DNA of 64,000 nt from Phallusia mammillata (GCA_965637545.1 OZ281496.1:6696001-6760000); one strand, 5' to 3'; shown: positions 49,712-62,469, counted from the stretch's first letter. Notes: generated by a model from the sequence alone, not told the origin. Numbers and translations are program-made.

Positions 49712-51079
49712 CGTCGCGTTGTGTTTGATTGTACATAGTGTATGTGTTTGAATGTGCTCGCTGTATTGTTGTGTTAAATTGGATGTGACGAACGGATTCG
49801 CACATCGGGGCCGGGAATGTTACAGAGAGAATTGCTTAAATGTGCCTTCTTTCTCTGTTTACCAGTGGTATGACTTCATTGACTATGACGTAACAAAGCG
49901 TTTGCCAGGATTGGTTAGAAATCTCCAAACGTAACAATGCGTGTGATGTCATTAGTGTCGCAATCTTGTGCTGACCACGTTTTACAGTTTCTTTCTGTGC
50001 TGTGAGCAGGCTTTTTAGTAGTTGCAGTTGTGGTAGATCTAATGTAGTTTTTTGTAGATATTTATGTGCTAACAATATAGTGTATTATGTGCAGCTATAA
50101 AAACATGAAAGCTAAAGTTATTAAAAAGCTGAAACGTCTTAGTCCGTCAAAGTGCCTGTAATTCAGTCCTGGACTCCTAACAAGTTGGTACGTAATTGCA
50201 TGTGTAAATTGTGTTAGTTAAATGTCGTGATAATATTTGTGTATGAGTTAAGAGGTGTTGACTTTCTTAATGTAACATATTCTTGTGTAAGTTTATCGGC
50301 CATATTGAATGTGTGTATTGTTGCCGATTGTGACACGTTTCTGTTCGTTTAACAGAGAACCAATGCTGTTGTGCAACCGAGGAGAAATTTGTACCTTCAG
50401 GCAGACAGTGTTGCGTTCAAGACAAATTAGGAAACCCCCTAGTGCGGCGGTCGGTGCAGATCCAGGCTGCATAGATTTTTAAGTAAATTACGGCCGCTAC
50501 ATGGCCAATTGAAATGATTTTTCACATATCTTAAAGTACAGGTTTAAGCATTTGGACTAAGCAGTTACCAGTCCCCAGGCCCAGTTTATGACCGTTATGA
50601 ATGACGGTTGCAATCGTACACGCTGGAAAAGAAAATTGTTGCATAGCTGACTGCAGCATTGCGAAGCAAGTTAATGCCAGTTAGCGGCAACACTGAACAC
50701 AGTGGAAAATTAGACTATGCGTAATCAAAAGTGTTTGTTCTGTTTAAAAATCTTTTGTTTGGTTCTGTTAACTTTGTAATGTTTCCAACAAAGCAAGTCC
50801 AGAAATGTCCACAAAAGTTTCGTTTCTTTATTGGGATGGTATACAATTTATTTTATGTGCACATTTACACATTGCAGCATTTTTAACACTTTGGTCTACA
50901 CACTAAAGCAGTGGTGGGAAGTTTGTTTTACTAAATTTATGCAAAACAATTGTAAAATAATATTTCATGGTTTCAAACGGATGAACAACAAAGCTAACAT
51001 CTTGTTTCAGGTCGTAACATAGTACTCGAAAGTCAGATAAAACTTTTCTTTATAATATCTGAACAACTATATTGACGAG

Positions 51080-51907
51080 ATGAAATCACAGGATTTCGAC
51101 TTCGAGTTAAGTGATGTTTTTGATCAGAGGTTTATGGAACGTGGAAATGTAAAACGACATATTCTGACACCCACTATTAAAAAACATTATCGATGTGATG
51201 TTTGTGAAAAAACTTTTGTCCAAAGTGGAAATTTGAAAATACATATGTTGACTCACACCAAAGAAAAACCTCATCGATGTGATGTTTGTGAAAAAGGCTT
51301 TGCTCGGGGTGGAGATTTGAAAACACACATGTTGATTCACACTAAAGAGAAACCACATGGATGTGTTGTTTGTGAAAAGAGTTTCAGTATCAATTCAAAT
51401 TTGAAAAGGCACATGTTGACGCACACTAAGAACAAACCCAATCGATGTGATGTTTGTGAAAAAAGATTTGCTGACAGTGGAAGTTTAAACAGACACATGT
51501 TGACCCACACTCAAACGAAATCTCATCAATGTGAAGTTTGTGAAAAGAAATTCAGTATCAATTCAAATTTGAAAAGACACATGTTGACGCACACTATGGA
51601 TAAACCCCATCGATGTGATATTTGTGATAAACGATTTTCCCAAAGCGGAAATTTGAAAACCCACATGTTAATTCACACTAACGAGAAACCTCTTCGATGT
51701 AATGTTTGTGAAAAAAGGTTTTCTCGAAGTGGATATTTCAAAACACACATGTTGATCCACACTGGAGAGAAACCACATCGATGTGATACTTGTGATAAAC
51801 GATTTACCCAAAGCGGACATTTGAAAGCCCACATGTTGCTTCATACAAAACAAAAACCCATTAATATTTTGGTTTCGGAAAAAGATTTAATGTTATTTCA
51901 AGTTTGA
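51080..51907 (+). CDS. Intact C2H2 zinc-finger protein ZF3, 275 aa, eight complete fingers
   Basis: Uninterrupted ORF with eight CxxC-12-HxxxH units and mostly T(K/M/N)EKP-type linkers. No KRAB, SCAN, BTB or ZAD domain visible in this exon. Confidence 0.9.
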   Translation: MKSQDFDFELSDVFDQRFMERGNVKRHILTPTIKKHYRCDVCEKTFVQSGNLKIHMLTHTKEKPHRCDVCEKGFARGGDLKTHMLIHTKEKPHGCVVCEKSFSINSNLKRHMLTHTKNKPNRCDVCEKRFADSGSLNRHMLTHTQTKSHQCEVCEKKFSINSNLKRHMLTHTMDKPHRCDICDKRFSQSGNLKTHMLIHTNEKPLRCNVCEKRFSRSGYFKTHMLIHTGEKPHRCDTCDKRFTQSGHLKAHMLLHTKQKPINILVSEKDLMLFQV

Positions 51908-51930
51908 AAAGACACTTGTTGAGTCACAAT

Positions 51931-52358
51931 TATTGATGCACCGAACCCGCCTAATAAGGTTCGGGCCGAAACTGAATATTTGGCCACGATGCCGAATAAT
52001 TTCGGCCGAATGAGGCCCAACCTAAAATCCTGTTTTTATGGATGTTTTCAACTGAACCTTGTGTCGTTGATGCGAGTGAAGTGAATTATGACAAATCAAA
52101 ATCACTTACACCATCTGGAAGCTTTACTAAACTTGTAATATTTTGCAGACAAAGTGGCTCGTATTTAATAGATACAACAATTAGTTGATTTATGACGTTT
52201 TGTATTGGTGAAAATGCTAGTTTGGGCATTAATTCCTTGCAATCAAAAAGTTCGGTTTCGGCCAAATTTTTAAAAAAGTTAGGGCCGAAACCGAAACATC
52301 GAAAAACAGCGTATTTGGCCGAAATGTTTCGGCCAACTGAAACTTCGGTGCATCACTA
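51931..52358. mobile_element. hAT-type MITE
   Basis: TIR TA(T/G)TGATGCACCGAA. 8-bp TSD GTCACAAT/ATCACAAT. The empty site is visible in the paralogous tails at about 39910 and 58015. Confidence 0.9.
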
Positions 52359-54759
52359 ATCACAATAAACAGTAAATTTACCGATTTGATCTTCGCAAAA
52401 ATATTTGCCTTGACTGAAAAACCACCTATTTTTACAGCTTTGGTGGCCTAACAATGTTTTTTTTCCACAAAGAAAGCACAGCCGCGTACATGCAAGTTAA
52501 TACTTAACCGTGTTTGTGAAACATTAAACATACTATTAAATATTTAAAATAGGTTTTGAATTCTTATATATATTTCCGCTAATTGCTGTATTCTATTTAA
52601 CTACGATTTCTATTAGAATAATACTTCTTGAAATATTTCTCTCGCTTATAACCAAATAAACCAACAATGTAGTCAACGGATTACACAAGTGGTGTTTTCT
52701 GAAATTTATCTCCAAGGAATCTTGAGGCAGCAGTTTTAACTATAAACTTAGTTAGGCTCATAGCGCAAACCTATTGCGTTGTTAATTCGTGAGAGTAGCA
52801 TTCGCAGTACCTTGAAGAACCCACGCGACCGCGAACTACACTTTGTGAACTCTCTATGTACATGCAGGACAATCTTTTTCACAACAATTATATATTTAAT
52901 TTCCTTCTTACAAATATCAGGATTTCTAAATATGAGCTATTTGCAAACGAAAACATATCTTACTTGTTTTAATAAGAGCCCATCGGTAAGCAAATGATCA
53001 TGTTTTTGTAGTGTTTTCTGTTGTTCGTAGTTTGTCGAACCGTTGAAATGTTACTTGCTTCAACACAATAAATTTGCTGTATACCGTTACTTTTGGTTTT
53101 CATGCAACTCATACAAACGAAATTGTATTAATATTATTCATGTAGCGACACTTTGCCACATGAACATGCTTGGTAAACGGCTGATTGTTTGGCTAAATAT
53201 AATTTATGTTTAAGGGTGCCGTGATCGTTTGATTGCAAAGTTGTTACACCTATAACGTAGTCAAACACTTGGAGAAATACGGAACAGCATCACCATCTAC
53301 AAATCGTTAGTAAAACCACTTGAGTTTTCAAAATATAGATTAAACGATGTAAGGTGGGGCAAATATTCAAACATTATTCATCACACAGTGTAGAAAAAAT
53401 ATAGTCATGTTCCTTCCTCGAAAAAATATAAGTTTGACGACATCAATATCTGACCGAAAAGACCCGATTACACTATGCTAGGTGGTCTTACCTTACCTTG
53501 CGATCCTTCCCTTAGCACAGCGATTGTTTACGCTTCCCTTAGTTTGCCAAATGAAATGCTTGACGTCATTTTTCGCTCGTAATAACTGTTGATGGCCATA
53601 AATCACCAAGACTGTATTGTCATAAAATTTCGATCCAAAAACAGTTTGTATCAATCTAATTTAAATAATATTTTGTGAGTAAACATGATTTGTACATTGG
53701 TAATCATACAAGATGATACTGGATGTTATTGTTCAGATTAGTTGAATGCTTACCATGTGCTGGGTTAAATGCACAAACTTGTCAAACACAACATGTAATT
53801 TAATCATAGCAATGTCATAAATAATTATATTTAAGGTAAATAGAGCATCTTCATTTACTTTTGCCAACAAACTATGAACTACAGGATCAAGCTACTTAAC
53901 ACGCAGAAAAACGCATGGTAGGCGAATTCTCGCTTATTTCTGCGCGATTCAAGCGCCCGAAATTTGTTAAGCGCAAAACTAGACAGGAAAAATGAAGCAA
54001 ACAAACTTTTTGTAGGTCTGAGTGCAACGTTTTTGCCTTTTGACTACACAAATCCTGCTACAAGTAAACGTAAACCTAGACCTGAGCTGTTATGAGATGC
54101 ACTAAGTATTTTTTTATTAACAAGGAGTTGCTGGAACAGATTGTATTTGGCCAAAATTATGCATATTATCATATGCTATGTGTCATGGCTCGTATAAAAA
54201 CAAAGATTTGTTCAAAACGTTTGTTTTGTATTAAAATTTCATTTTTCGGTTGTTCTCATTTTTTGTTTCAAGTCGATGGCAACCCTGATTATTGGTAAAA
54301 ATAAAAGCTCAAAATTAAGTTACATCTTATCTATACTTTCTAATATAGCTTTGACTGCTTTAATACAGCTTTGACTTACTTACACATCTGTTTGTTGCGC
54401 GTGTCTGTGCTAACACAAAGCAAGCAATTAGTAACAAATGACCAACTAGAAAAGTGTATACTCGTTCGTTACATTGACTCCAGCCAGCTATATTGCTTCA
54501 GATGAAAGTTGCCGGTAATTCCCTTATTACATATGCAGGTGAATATTAAACACTTGGGAATTGTAATTAGACTGTAATGTGCGGACCAAGATGGTTCCGG
54601 CAAACTTATATACATTTTGATGTGCAGATTGTTGATTGCACTAATGTTTATTCTTGTCTGTACATTGCTTAGGAAACATTAAAATGCCACAAAGAATCTT
54701 TATGTTTGCAAATTTGAGATTGAATATAAATTAGTTGCTTTACATGTTATGTTAACCTA

Positions 54760-56720
54760 ATGTTTTATACTTTGGTCTTTATTACATTGAGGAAAGTAAT
54801 GTGTAGTAGGAAAAAACTGTTGCTGCCAGGTGTAAGGTATCAAGAAAACATTGGCTCTTCCAGCAGTTTTTGTTTTAATATGCCGACGTTTCGATGGCCC
54901 ATAAGAGACACCATCTTCAGGGTAATGACATAAATTGAGACACAAAGTTGTTACATAGCAACAAGGGTGGTAAAACACACACAACACGCAGGGGCAAATA
55001 AAGCAGTGCGCATCAATGGTCGAGTGATAACACCTAGCTCAATGGTGCAAATGCAACCGATAATTTATCGGCAGTTGAACGACCGTTCATCGTGTTGGTG
55101 TGAGAATGTATGTTCAACGACTCTAGGAAACTCACTTGTGGAAGTCGGTTTCCTTTGCTAACACTTTGGCAGTAGAAAAACTAATGGTGTGATTATGCAC
55201 AGTAGCATGTTGTGATAATGCCGATTTTTTTGCATCTTTCTTGGCCACATTTCCTTTGTGTTCTGTTCGGCGCTTATTTAAAGACCTCCCCGTCTGGCCG
55301 ATGTAAATCTCCTTGAGACCGCACTCTCCACAAGGTATTGCGTACACCACGCAACTTATTGCGTTTGTATCTATCTAACATGCGACGTATTACATCCGTT
55401 AACTTAGAAATGTTTGGCAAAGTGACAACAGCACGCCTTTAGGAGTGAAACTTTTTCCATGCAATCTTTTCGGTCAGGGATAATCCAGTTCGGGTGCGGT
55501 TTAACCGCAGCGCCTCGTCTACCCTTCGTAATTCTATGTTTTAGAGGACATTTTTGCAAACAAGTGTATGGCACGGTCATTGACTGTCCAGTGTCGGTGG
55601 TCGTTGCCAAGATGATCATGGCGTCGGTGGAGGAACGCGCTCTTCAAACGTTTGTTACACCACCACGATTCTGGCAAAGATATGTAGCTGACACATTCGG
55701 CATCATCAATAATTGCCAGGTAACAGCTTTTTTGAATCACTCATTCAACGGGCAGGACGGAACGCATTCACCATGGAGTTGCAAATTACCAACCGGTTAC
55801 ACTTTCTGGTTTAGAGATTTACTAGCGCAGACCGAAAAGTTCCCACGCGAGTGTATCACAAACCAACGAGCACCAGGCGTTACTTGCATTTCACATCTTA
55901 CCATCCTCTACGCAAAAAGATAGCTGTGTCAAAAGCACTTACAGATCAGGCCCGACGTTTGACCACAGGACGAGGAATGCTCCTAACGGAATTACGAAGG
56001 GAACACGAGGCCCTGCGGTTAAACGGCTACCCGAACTGGATTATCCGTGACCGAAAAAACAAGGTTGTGCGAAAAAAACGTTTTATACCAAACAGCGTGC
56101 TTCTGTCACTTTGCCTTACCTTCCTAAGTTAACAGATATAATCCGTCGCATGTCAGATAGATGCAAACGCGACAAAGGGCTTGGTGTACTGAATACTTTG
56201 TGGAGAATGCGGTCTAAATGAGATTTACATCGGCCAGACGGGGAGGTCTTTGAAGACCCGCCGAAAAGAACACAAAAATGATGTGGCAAGGAATAGTGCA
56301 AAAAATCGGTGTGAGCAAAACATGCTAATGTGCATAATCACACCAATAAATTTTCTGCTGCCAAGGTGTTAGCGAGGAAAACCGACATCCACAAGCGACG
56401 TTTTCTCGTGGAACATACATTTTCACACCAACATGGTGAACGTTAAAACGGACGTTCGAAATGCCCATAACTTATCGGACGCTTTTGCACCATTGAGCTA
56501 GGTGTTATGTGATTATCACTCTATCATTGCGTTTTTATCACCGCGTTTGTGTGTGTTTTACCGCCCTCTTTGCTATATAGCAACTTTGCGTTTTCACTTT
56601 ATGCCATTACCCTAATAAAGGTGTCTAGTATAGGACATCGAAACTTTGGCATATTATAATAAAAACTACTGGAAGAGTTAAAAATTTGTTGATGTGTAGA
56701 ATGTCGGATAAAGAAAAACA
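54760..56720. mobile_element. Old inverted pair of Penelope/Poseidon-like family B copies (minus arm about 54760-55512, plus arm about 55513-56720)
   Basis: Minus arm VYAIPCGECGLKEIYIGQTGRSLNKRRTEHK. Plus arm has degenerate RT (KQVYGTVIDCPVSVVVAK, RYVADTF) and GIY-YIG. Hammerhead-like motif on the minus strand at about 54882-54921. Confidence 0.85.
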
Positions 56721-57465
56721 CATGCAAAACAACTGTGTAAATCCTAACATCGTGTTTCAGTGAATATGGTGTTACTACCAGGCACATTTCAAACACCTTT
56801 CTGTAAACATCCGACAAACGTCAACAAATCACACGTCGGGGTGTCTTCATCAAGATAATGTCAGCTAACCAACGCAGTCGTGAACACGAGAAAGACAATG
56901 TCACAAAAACGTAGATAAAAACCGATAGGTAATCCATATTAGAACATCAGTTTTTATATTCACCATGTTGACGCGCCAGTGAATGTTCCACGATTTTGAA
57001 AAACACTTTTTTGTAAACTGTCTATTTGACAATCGCAGCAGCTACAAAATTGATAAACTCATATCGTCGTTGCATGGCTTGCCTAGACCGATTTCAATGA
57101 AACCCATTATGCTATGTATCTTTGGTGTTCCTTCAGGCCCCCGTTTCATGACCTGCCTGGCTCTTTGATATACAAAGGCTTTGGTTTAACGGTGGTGGGA
57201 CTTCAACTGTAGGTTCCTGGATGTGCTGGTTGGTTTGTAGACAAAAACGAGAATATTTTATTCCTGGATACAGAAATTTCGACACCCCTGGATGGTACAC
57301 TTTTGTTAAGCGTGCATCACAAACCAACCAGTATTACAAGGTACCTACACTTCAAAATGAATTTCAAAACAGTTGTTCTAATGCCGATTAGCTGTCGGTC
57401 GCATTTGTAGGACTTAACTACGATTTTTATCAACGTATTATCGTCGTTTTCGCGTCAGTGTCTAG

Positions 57466-57960
57466 ACGATGTGATGTTTGTGAAAAAACTTTTAAAAAGA
57501 GTTCGAACTTAAAAAGACACATGTTGACTCACACCAAAGAAAAACCTCATCAGTGTACTGTTTGTGGAAAGACATTTGGTCGGTTTGGAATATTGAAACA
57601 ACACATGGTGACACACACCAATGAGAAACCTTATCGATGTGAGGTTTGTGAAAAAAAGTTTGCTCGTAAAGGTGATGTGACAGAGCAAATGCTGACACAC
57701 GTCAATGAAAAACCTCACCGATGTGGTGTTTGTGAAAAACAATTCGCTCGTGTTGGAACTTTGAAAAGACACATGTTGCCTCACACTAAAGAGAAACCTC
57801 ATCGATGTGATGTTTGTGAGAAACGGTTTTCCCAAAGTTGCAGTTTAAAAAGACATATATCAGTTCACACTAAGGAGTAATCTCATGGATGTGATGTTTG
57901 TGTAAAAAAGTTTGCTCGTAGTGGAGATTTGAAAATCCTCATGTTGGTTTACTCTAACCC
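57466..57960 (+). pseudogene. C2H2 zinc-finger array ZF4, 5'-deleted, with stop
   Basis: Five fingers, then TAA at 57878-57880, then a further degenerate finger. Lacks the N-terminal leader seen in ZF1-3. Confidence 0.85.
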
Positions 57961-58692
57961 CATCACGGAGAAGCCCCATTGGCGTGTTGATCAAGTTTGA
58001 TAGACACTTTTTGACTCACAATAAACAGTAACTCAACCGTGGAAAGACTTGTTTGGGCTGAAATTTCACCTTATTCTTCGAGTTTTATTTTTACCAATTG
58101 AAAAAAAACATGTATCACACAGAGTAACAATGAAAACAGTTACTTTTTGTGCAGTAACACTGTTCACTAAACCATTCAAGTCCAAACTAAATTATGTAAC
58201 ACAATATGTTCCGGTCGATGAGATATTATGAGATAAATTTAGGTCGACTTCATCAGGGTATGAGATGCATTTCAGTTCGCCTTCACCAGGGTAAATAACA
58301 CTAAATGCGCGTAGTAAATTGCACGAAAAACAAAGGTAAAACCAATTGAACGCAAGTACGTCACATCGCAACGAAAACACTGCGCGATAACAAATGATTG
58401 GGCCTCTAATATATGAGCATCAGTTTGTAACAAGCTGAAAGGATCAAGTCTGTTTTAATGTTAATTGTGTTGCCCCGTTGTTGAATATCCCACGACTCAT
58501 GAAATAGTCTTTTGCTGTTTACATTACTCCTCACACATTCTTTCTTAAGTTAGAAATTGTCGTGGATGGGCAATATCTAAACCTCCAACAGCCGCCATGC
58601 ATACCGACGATAACTGTGCAAATTGTTAAAAGACTCGAAATTTGAGAGGACTGTCTCAACTGCCAACAGAATCAGTCAGTAAATTAGAAAGT

Positions 58693-58733
58693 AGGAATAT
58701 ATATTTCGCCTAATAATGGCATCATCAGTTCCT
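58693..58733 (-). ncRNA. Minimal type I hammerhead ribozyme motif
   Basis: Reverse complement of the motif at 61027-61067. Confidence 0.8.
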
Positions 58734-59092
58734 GAAAAACGCAATAGATCAACACCAAAATATCAAGAATGTAAAACAAACACAATGTTCTAAGCAACTC
58801 AACAACGCGAGTGTCGCCAAACACAAAATCGTTAAACACCTTGCAACGCCTGGAAAACCTAAAGGTAACACCTGTGAAAAGCTGACAAGACCTACACCGT
58901 GGACAGATGTAAAGAGAAAAAGGGGGGTGGGAACCAAGGCGTTCGCAACTAAAAGCCGATAAAACGATAAAAAAGATAAAATGAAGATAAAATTAAAAAA
59001 TTAAACTGCCGTAAACCGTACCCAAAGGCCGTGAAATTACTAACCACAGACACACACAAGTCACACACAAGTATGAAACACGATCACGAAAA

Positions 59093-60547
59093 TTATCGAA
59101 TCTTGGGCAACAACATCTTTTCAATATTAAGCCCGCCGCCAGTAAGTTTCAGCCATTTCGCTTCGCAGTGATCCAAACGATCAACATTGGGTTGCTCCAC
59201 AAGGGTGACCGTAAAACATTCCGCGATATCTGGTCTCTTCATAAATATATCGTGGTGGTGGATGGCGAAGTGATGGCCCAGCGAGGCGTTGTCATTGTCA
59301 CCGCTGGTTTTAAACGTGTTCCACACTGTTCTATGGCCAGACCAACGGGTAGAAAATTTGTTTTTAGTTTGGCCCACGTATCTGCTGTTACAAATCCTGC
59401 GAGTGGCCACATAGATGCCAAAATTGCTGCAATCCAGGGACTGCCTCAGAGCAATTGTTCTATCGTCTATGCAAAGTTTGTGTTCAGTAGACACCATATA
59501 TGTATGTGCACCGTAATGTCCGCATAAAGCACATCTTCCGCAGGGAGCCGATTTAGCAATGACCTCCTGGCTATAATGTGCCAGGCGCCTGTAATTAAGT
59601 AAATAGTTGCCCAACGTAGGTGGCTTCTTGTAGACAACTCTTGCCTCAGGCTTTAGTGTTTGTTCTTTTTTGGTCAAGCGAAGGAACCTGGGAAACGACG
59701 TTGCCCAGGGGACCACTTCCGTGCTGCGGGTTTTCGATGGAGGTTTGAACCTGTCTTTCCAGCTTTTTGCAGTTTCTATGCAAATACTGATGATGGGGTC
59801 TGGAAACGCGGATTTCTTGCATTTAACCGCGAGCCGCAGCAGACTCGCTTTGAAATCGTCATCCTTTTCGTTAAGCCTTCTTAGGCGAGACGCTTCTCCC
59901 AAAATAACAGCGCGGTAGATATGCCTGGGGTGGTGTGAAGTGCCATGTAGAAAACATCTGTCTGTCGCCGTTGCCTTCACGTGGTCCTGTGTTACAAACC
60001 CACAGGGTGACGATGACGAATGCACGTGGTCTACATCTAAAAACTCGACTCTTCCATTGTCATTTCTCGGGTCGAGAACGCGGAAGGTAAGATTGAGGCC
60101 TTCCCTAGCAAAGGCGTACTGCAACTTTGAACTGATGTGGGATGTGGTTTTGATCCCTGATGAGACCCAAATGATGTCGTCGATATAACGTTTAAACACC
60201 TCGGCCCGCTTCAAGGTAGCCGCGATGGACTTAATGATAAAATGCATTGCGATATTGGCAATAGAGACTGAGTGGTTGTCACCTGCAATGATGCCCTTTT
60301 GTTGACGGTAAAGGGCATCGCCATATTGGACAACAACAGCATCGAGAGTGTACATTGTGAAATCAACCAGGCACTTGCGATCGTTGTCGTCAAAATCGGA
60401 TTGTCCCTGTAATGCATCGGTAATAGAACGCTGGATAAGATCTTTGCCGACGCTTGGGTACAATGCAACCACGTCGGCTGCTACAACATACAATTCTGAT
60501 GAGTTTTTCGAACCAGATTGTGCTATACATTTTTGCCATTTGATCAA
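59093..60547 (-). CDS. 5'-truncated PLE RT plus GIY-YIG endonuclease
   Basis: ADVVALYPSV, QQKGIIAGDNHSVSIANI, RYIDDII, FLDV, CGRCALCGH linker, GIYVAT..YVGQT..RWSGH. The frame stays open upstream to about 60610. Confidence 0.92.
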   Translation of the reverse strand: MIKWQKCIAQSGSKNSSELYVVAADVVALYPSVGKDLIQRSITDALQGQSDFDDNDRKCLVDFTMYTLDAVVVQYGDALYRQQKGIIAGDNHSVSIANIAMHFIIKSIAATLKRAEVFKRYIDDIIWVSSGIKTTSHISSKLQYAFAREGLNLTFRVLDPRNDNGRVEFLDVDHVHSSSSPCGFVTQDHVKATATDRCFLHGTSHHPRHIYRAVILGEASRLRRLNEKDDDFKASLLRLAVKCKKSAFPDPIISICIETAKSWKDRFKPPSKTRSTEVVPWATSFPRFLRLTKKEQTLKPEARVVYKKPPTLGNYLLNYRRLAHYSQEVIAKSAPCGRCALCGHYGAHTYMVSTEHKLCIDDRTIALRQSLDCSNFGIYVATRRICNSRYVGQTKNKFSTRWSGHRTVWNTFKTSGDNDNASLGHHFAIHHHDIFMKRPDIAECFTVTLVEQPNVDRLDHCEAKWLKLTGGGLNIEKMLLPKIR

Positions 60548-61026
60548 TTCTTTTAAATAATGTTGGCTGTCTTGGCAGAACTCGTTTACTTTGCACGAGC
60601 AGTATCTTTGGCTGATGGCTGAAACTTACTGGCGCCACACTTAATATTCAAAAGATGTTGCTGCCCAAGATTCGATAATTTTTGTGATCGTGTTTCATAC
60701 TTGTGTGTGTCTGTGGTTAGTAATTGCACGGCCTTTGGGTACGGTTTACGGCAGTTTAATTTTTTAATTTTATCTTAATTTTATCGTTTTATCGGCTTTT
60801 AGTTGCGAGCGCCTTGGTTTCTTTTTCCCACCCCCCTTTTTCTCTTTACATTTGTCCACGGTGTAGGTCTTGTCAGGTTTTCACAGGTGTTACCTTTAGG
60901 TTTTCCAGGCGTTTTGCAAGGTTTTTAACGATTTTGTATTTGGCGACACTCGCGTTGTTGAGTTGCTTAGAACATTGTGTTTGTTTTACATTCTTGATAT
61001 TTTGGTGTTGATCTATTGCGTTTTTC

Positions 61027-61067
61027 AGGAACTGATGATGCCATTATTAGGCGAAATATATATTCCT
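61027..61067 (+). ncRNA. Minimal type I hammerhead ribozyme motif
   Basis: AGGAA CUGAUGA U GCC-AUUAUUA-GGC GAAA UAUA UA UUCCU: stem I AGGAA/UUCCU, stem II GCC/GGC, palindromic loop III, predicted cleavage after UA. Confidence 0.8.
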
Positions 61068-61839
61068 ACTTTCTAATTTACTGACTGATTCTGTTGGCAG
61101 TTGAGACAGTCCTCTCAAATTTCGAGTCTTTCTTAAGTTTTAGATCAAATTGTGGAATAACTGGATTGTCTCGTTACCCAGTCGAAATTTTTCTTGTGCT
61201 TTTCCCCGGCTTGGGAACAGCTTTATTCTGCATTTCTGTCGAAAATCTACCTTCTGCCATTGTTACATAACACGGAAATGCGAGATATATCTGTATTGTG
61301 CAGTGACATCGGCCAAGCGTGCAAAAGCCAAACTTGGCACAAACAAAAACGCCAGATATGGCGGGTAGATAGCGACATGCGCTGTCGCTTGTTTGTCGAC
61401 ATTTGGCATTAAATCATCATCAGCACACACAAAAAGGCGTGTTACAAAATATCCTTTTTGTGATAAACTTGACGAATAAAAACTGGTAGGTTGCTACTTG
61501 ACATTGTTTTTTTTAATTATGCGAGATTCCATTCTGTGCTCAAAAAGAGACATTGATTTTAATGATCAAGTTCGCTTGGTTTTAATGATCAACGGAATTG
61601 CAATAAAACCTGGCACCTCGACGGCGGGCTTATTTTCAGGCGTTGTCCGCCTACCAAGAATAAAAATGAAACAAACAAACAGCGTGAGAAAGTAACAAAA
61701 CCGTGAGGCATTGTGATGCAAACGCACCAACCAATCAACCCTAACCTCAAAGTTTCAAACAAATTTCAATTGTGACGTTGTCCAATCACAGCAAAGTTCC
61801 AATTCGGGATAACCAAAATGTCGGTCGTTATGTCTGGAG

Positions 61840-62301
61840 CAGTGCTCTTCAACCGGGGTTCCGCGGAACCCTAGGGTTCCGTACAACCCTTACAGGGGTT
61901 CCGTGAACTTTGAGTTGCACAGGGGTTCACAGCAGTTTGGTGTAGCAATTCAAACACGAATGATTCATAATGTCATTGTTGTGAACAGCAATGCTCGCCT
62001 GTACGATCCAGTTAACCTTGGTTACACCATTGATCAACTGTGACGTAATAAACACAGTCTTGATACACTTTGGCTAAGTTGCGATTTGCGACATAAATGT
62101 AGAAACGACCGATGCAAGTAACATGGCAATGCGTTTCAGTGAATCGTTTAATTGAAGTCAACTTTTGCGCTTGGGGTGTGCAAAATGCATGTTTTTTTCT
62201 ATGATACTTGTATTACATTAAATTTATTTTATGGTGGGTTCCGCAAAGTTTGACAAAACACATTGAGGGTTCCGTGCCACTAAAAAGGTTGAAGAGCACT
62301 G
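61840..62301. mobile_element. hAT-type MITE (462 bp)
   Basis: Perfect 15-bp TIR CAGTGCTCTTCAACC / GGTTGAAGAGCACTG. 8-bp TSD GTCTGGAG at 61832-61839 and 62302-62309. Confidence 0.95.
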
Positions 62302-62469
62302 GTCTGGAGACACACTGCATGGCGTGGTGTAGAAAGATGCGTGGTTAAAATCGGTTGTAGAGGTAGTGAATACTAGTAAATTTTCCATAATTGTTTCCCG
62401 AAATTGTGTGTCAACAACTGGTAGTAATCTGAAATTAGTTCTGTTGGATCTAGCCTAGCTTTTGCTGAA

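Larger units (their letters stand above)
43181..50501 (+). mobile_element. Full-length BEL/Pao LTR retrotransposon, recent insertion
   Basis: 684-bp LTRs (43181-43864, 49818-50501) with TG..CA ends and three substitutions by hand comparison. Perfect TSD TGGCC. PPT GGGGCCGGGAA. Confidence 0.97.
58629..61131 (-). mobile_element. Penelope-like element family A with an inverted 5' pseudo-LTR
   Basis: 58629-59167 and about 60601-61131 are inverted copies of the ORF end plus 3' tail. Each arm carries a hammerhead motif. Confidence 0.92.

Noticed and set aside
34022-57835. Minus-strand ORFs overlapping the ZF arrays (MRFFFGVSQH..)
   Set aside because: Antisense shadows of the repetitive zinc-finger code.
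33886-57960. 84-bp periodic repeats as a CRISPR-like or satellite array
   Set aside because: The period equals 28 codons and translates to C2H2 fingers; eukaryotic context with no repeat-spacer structure.
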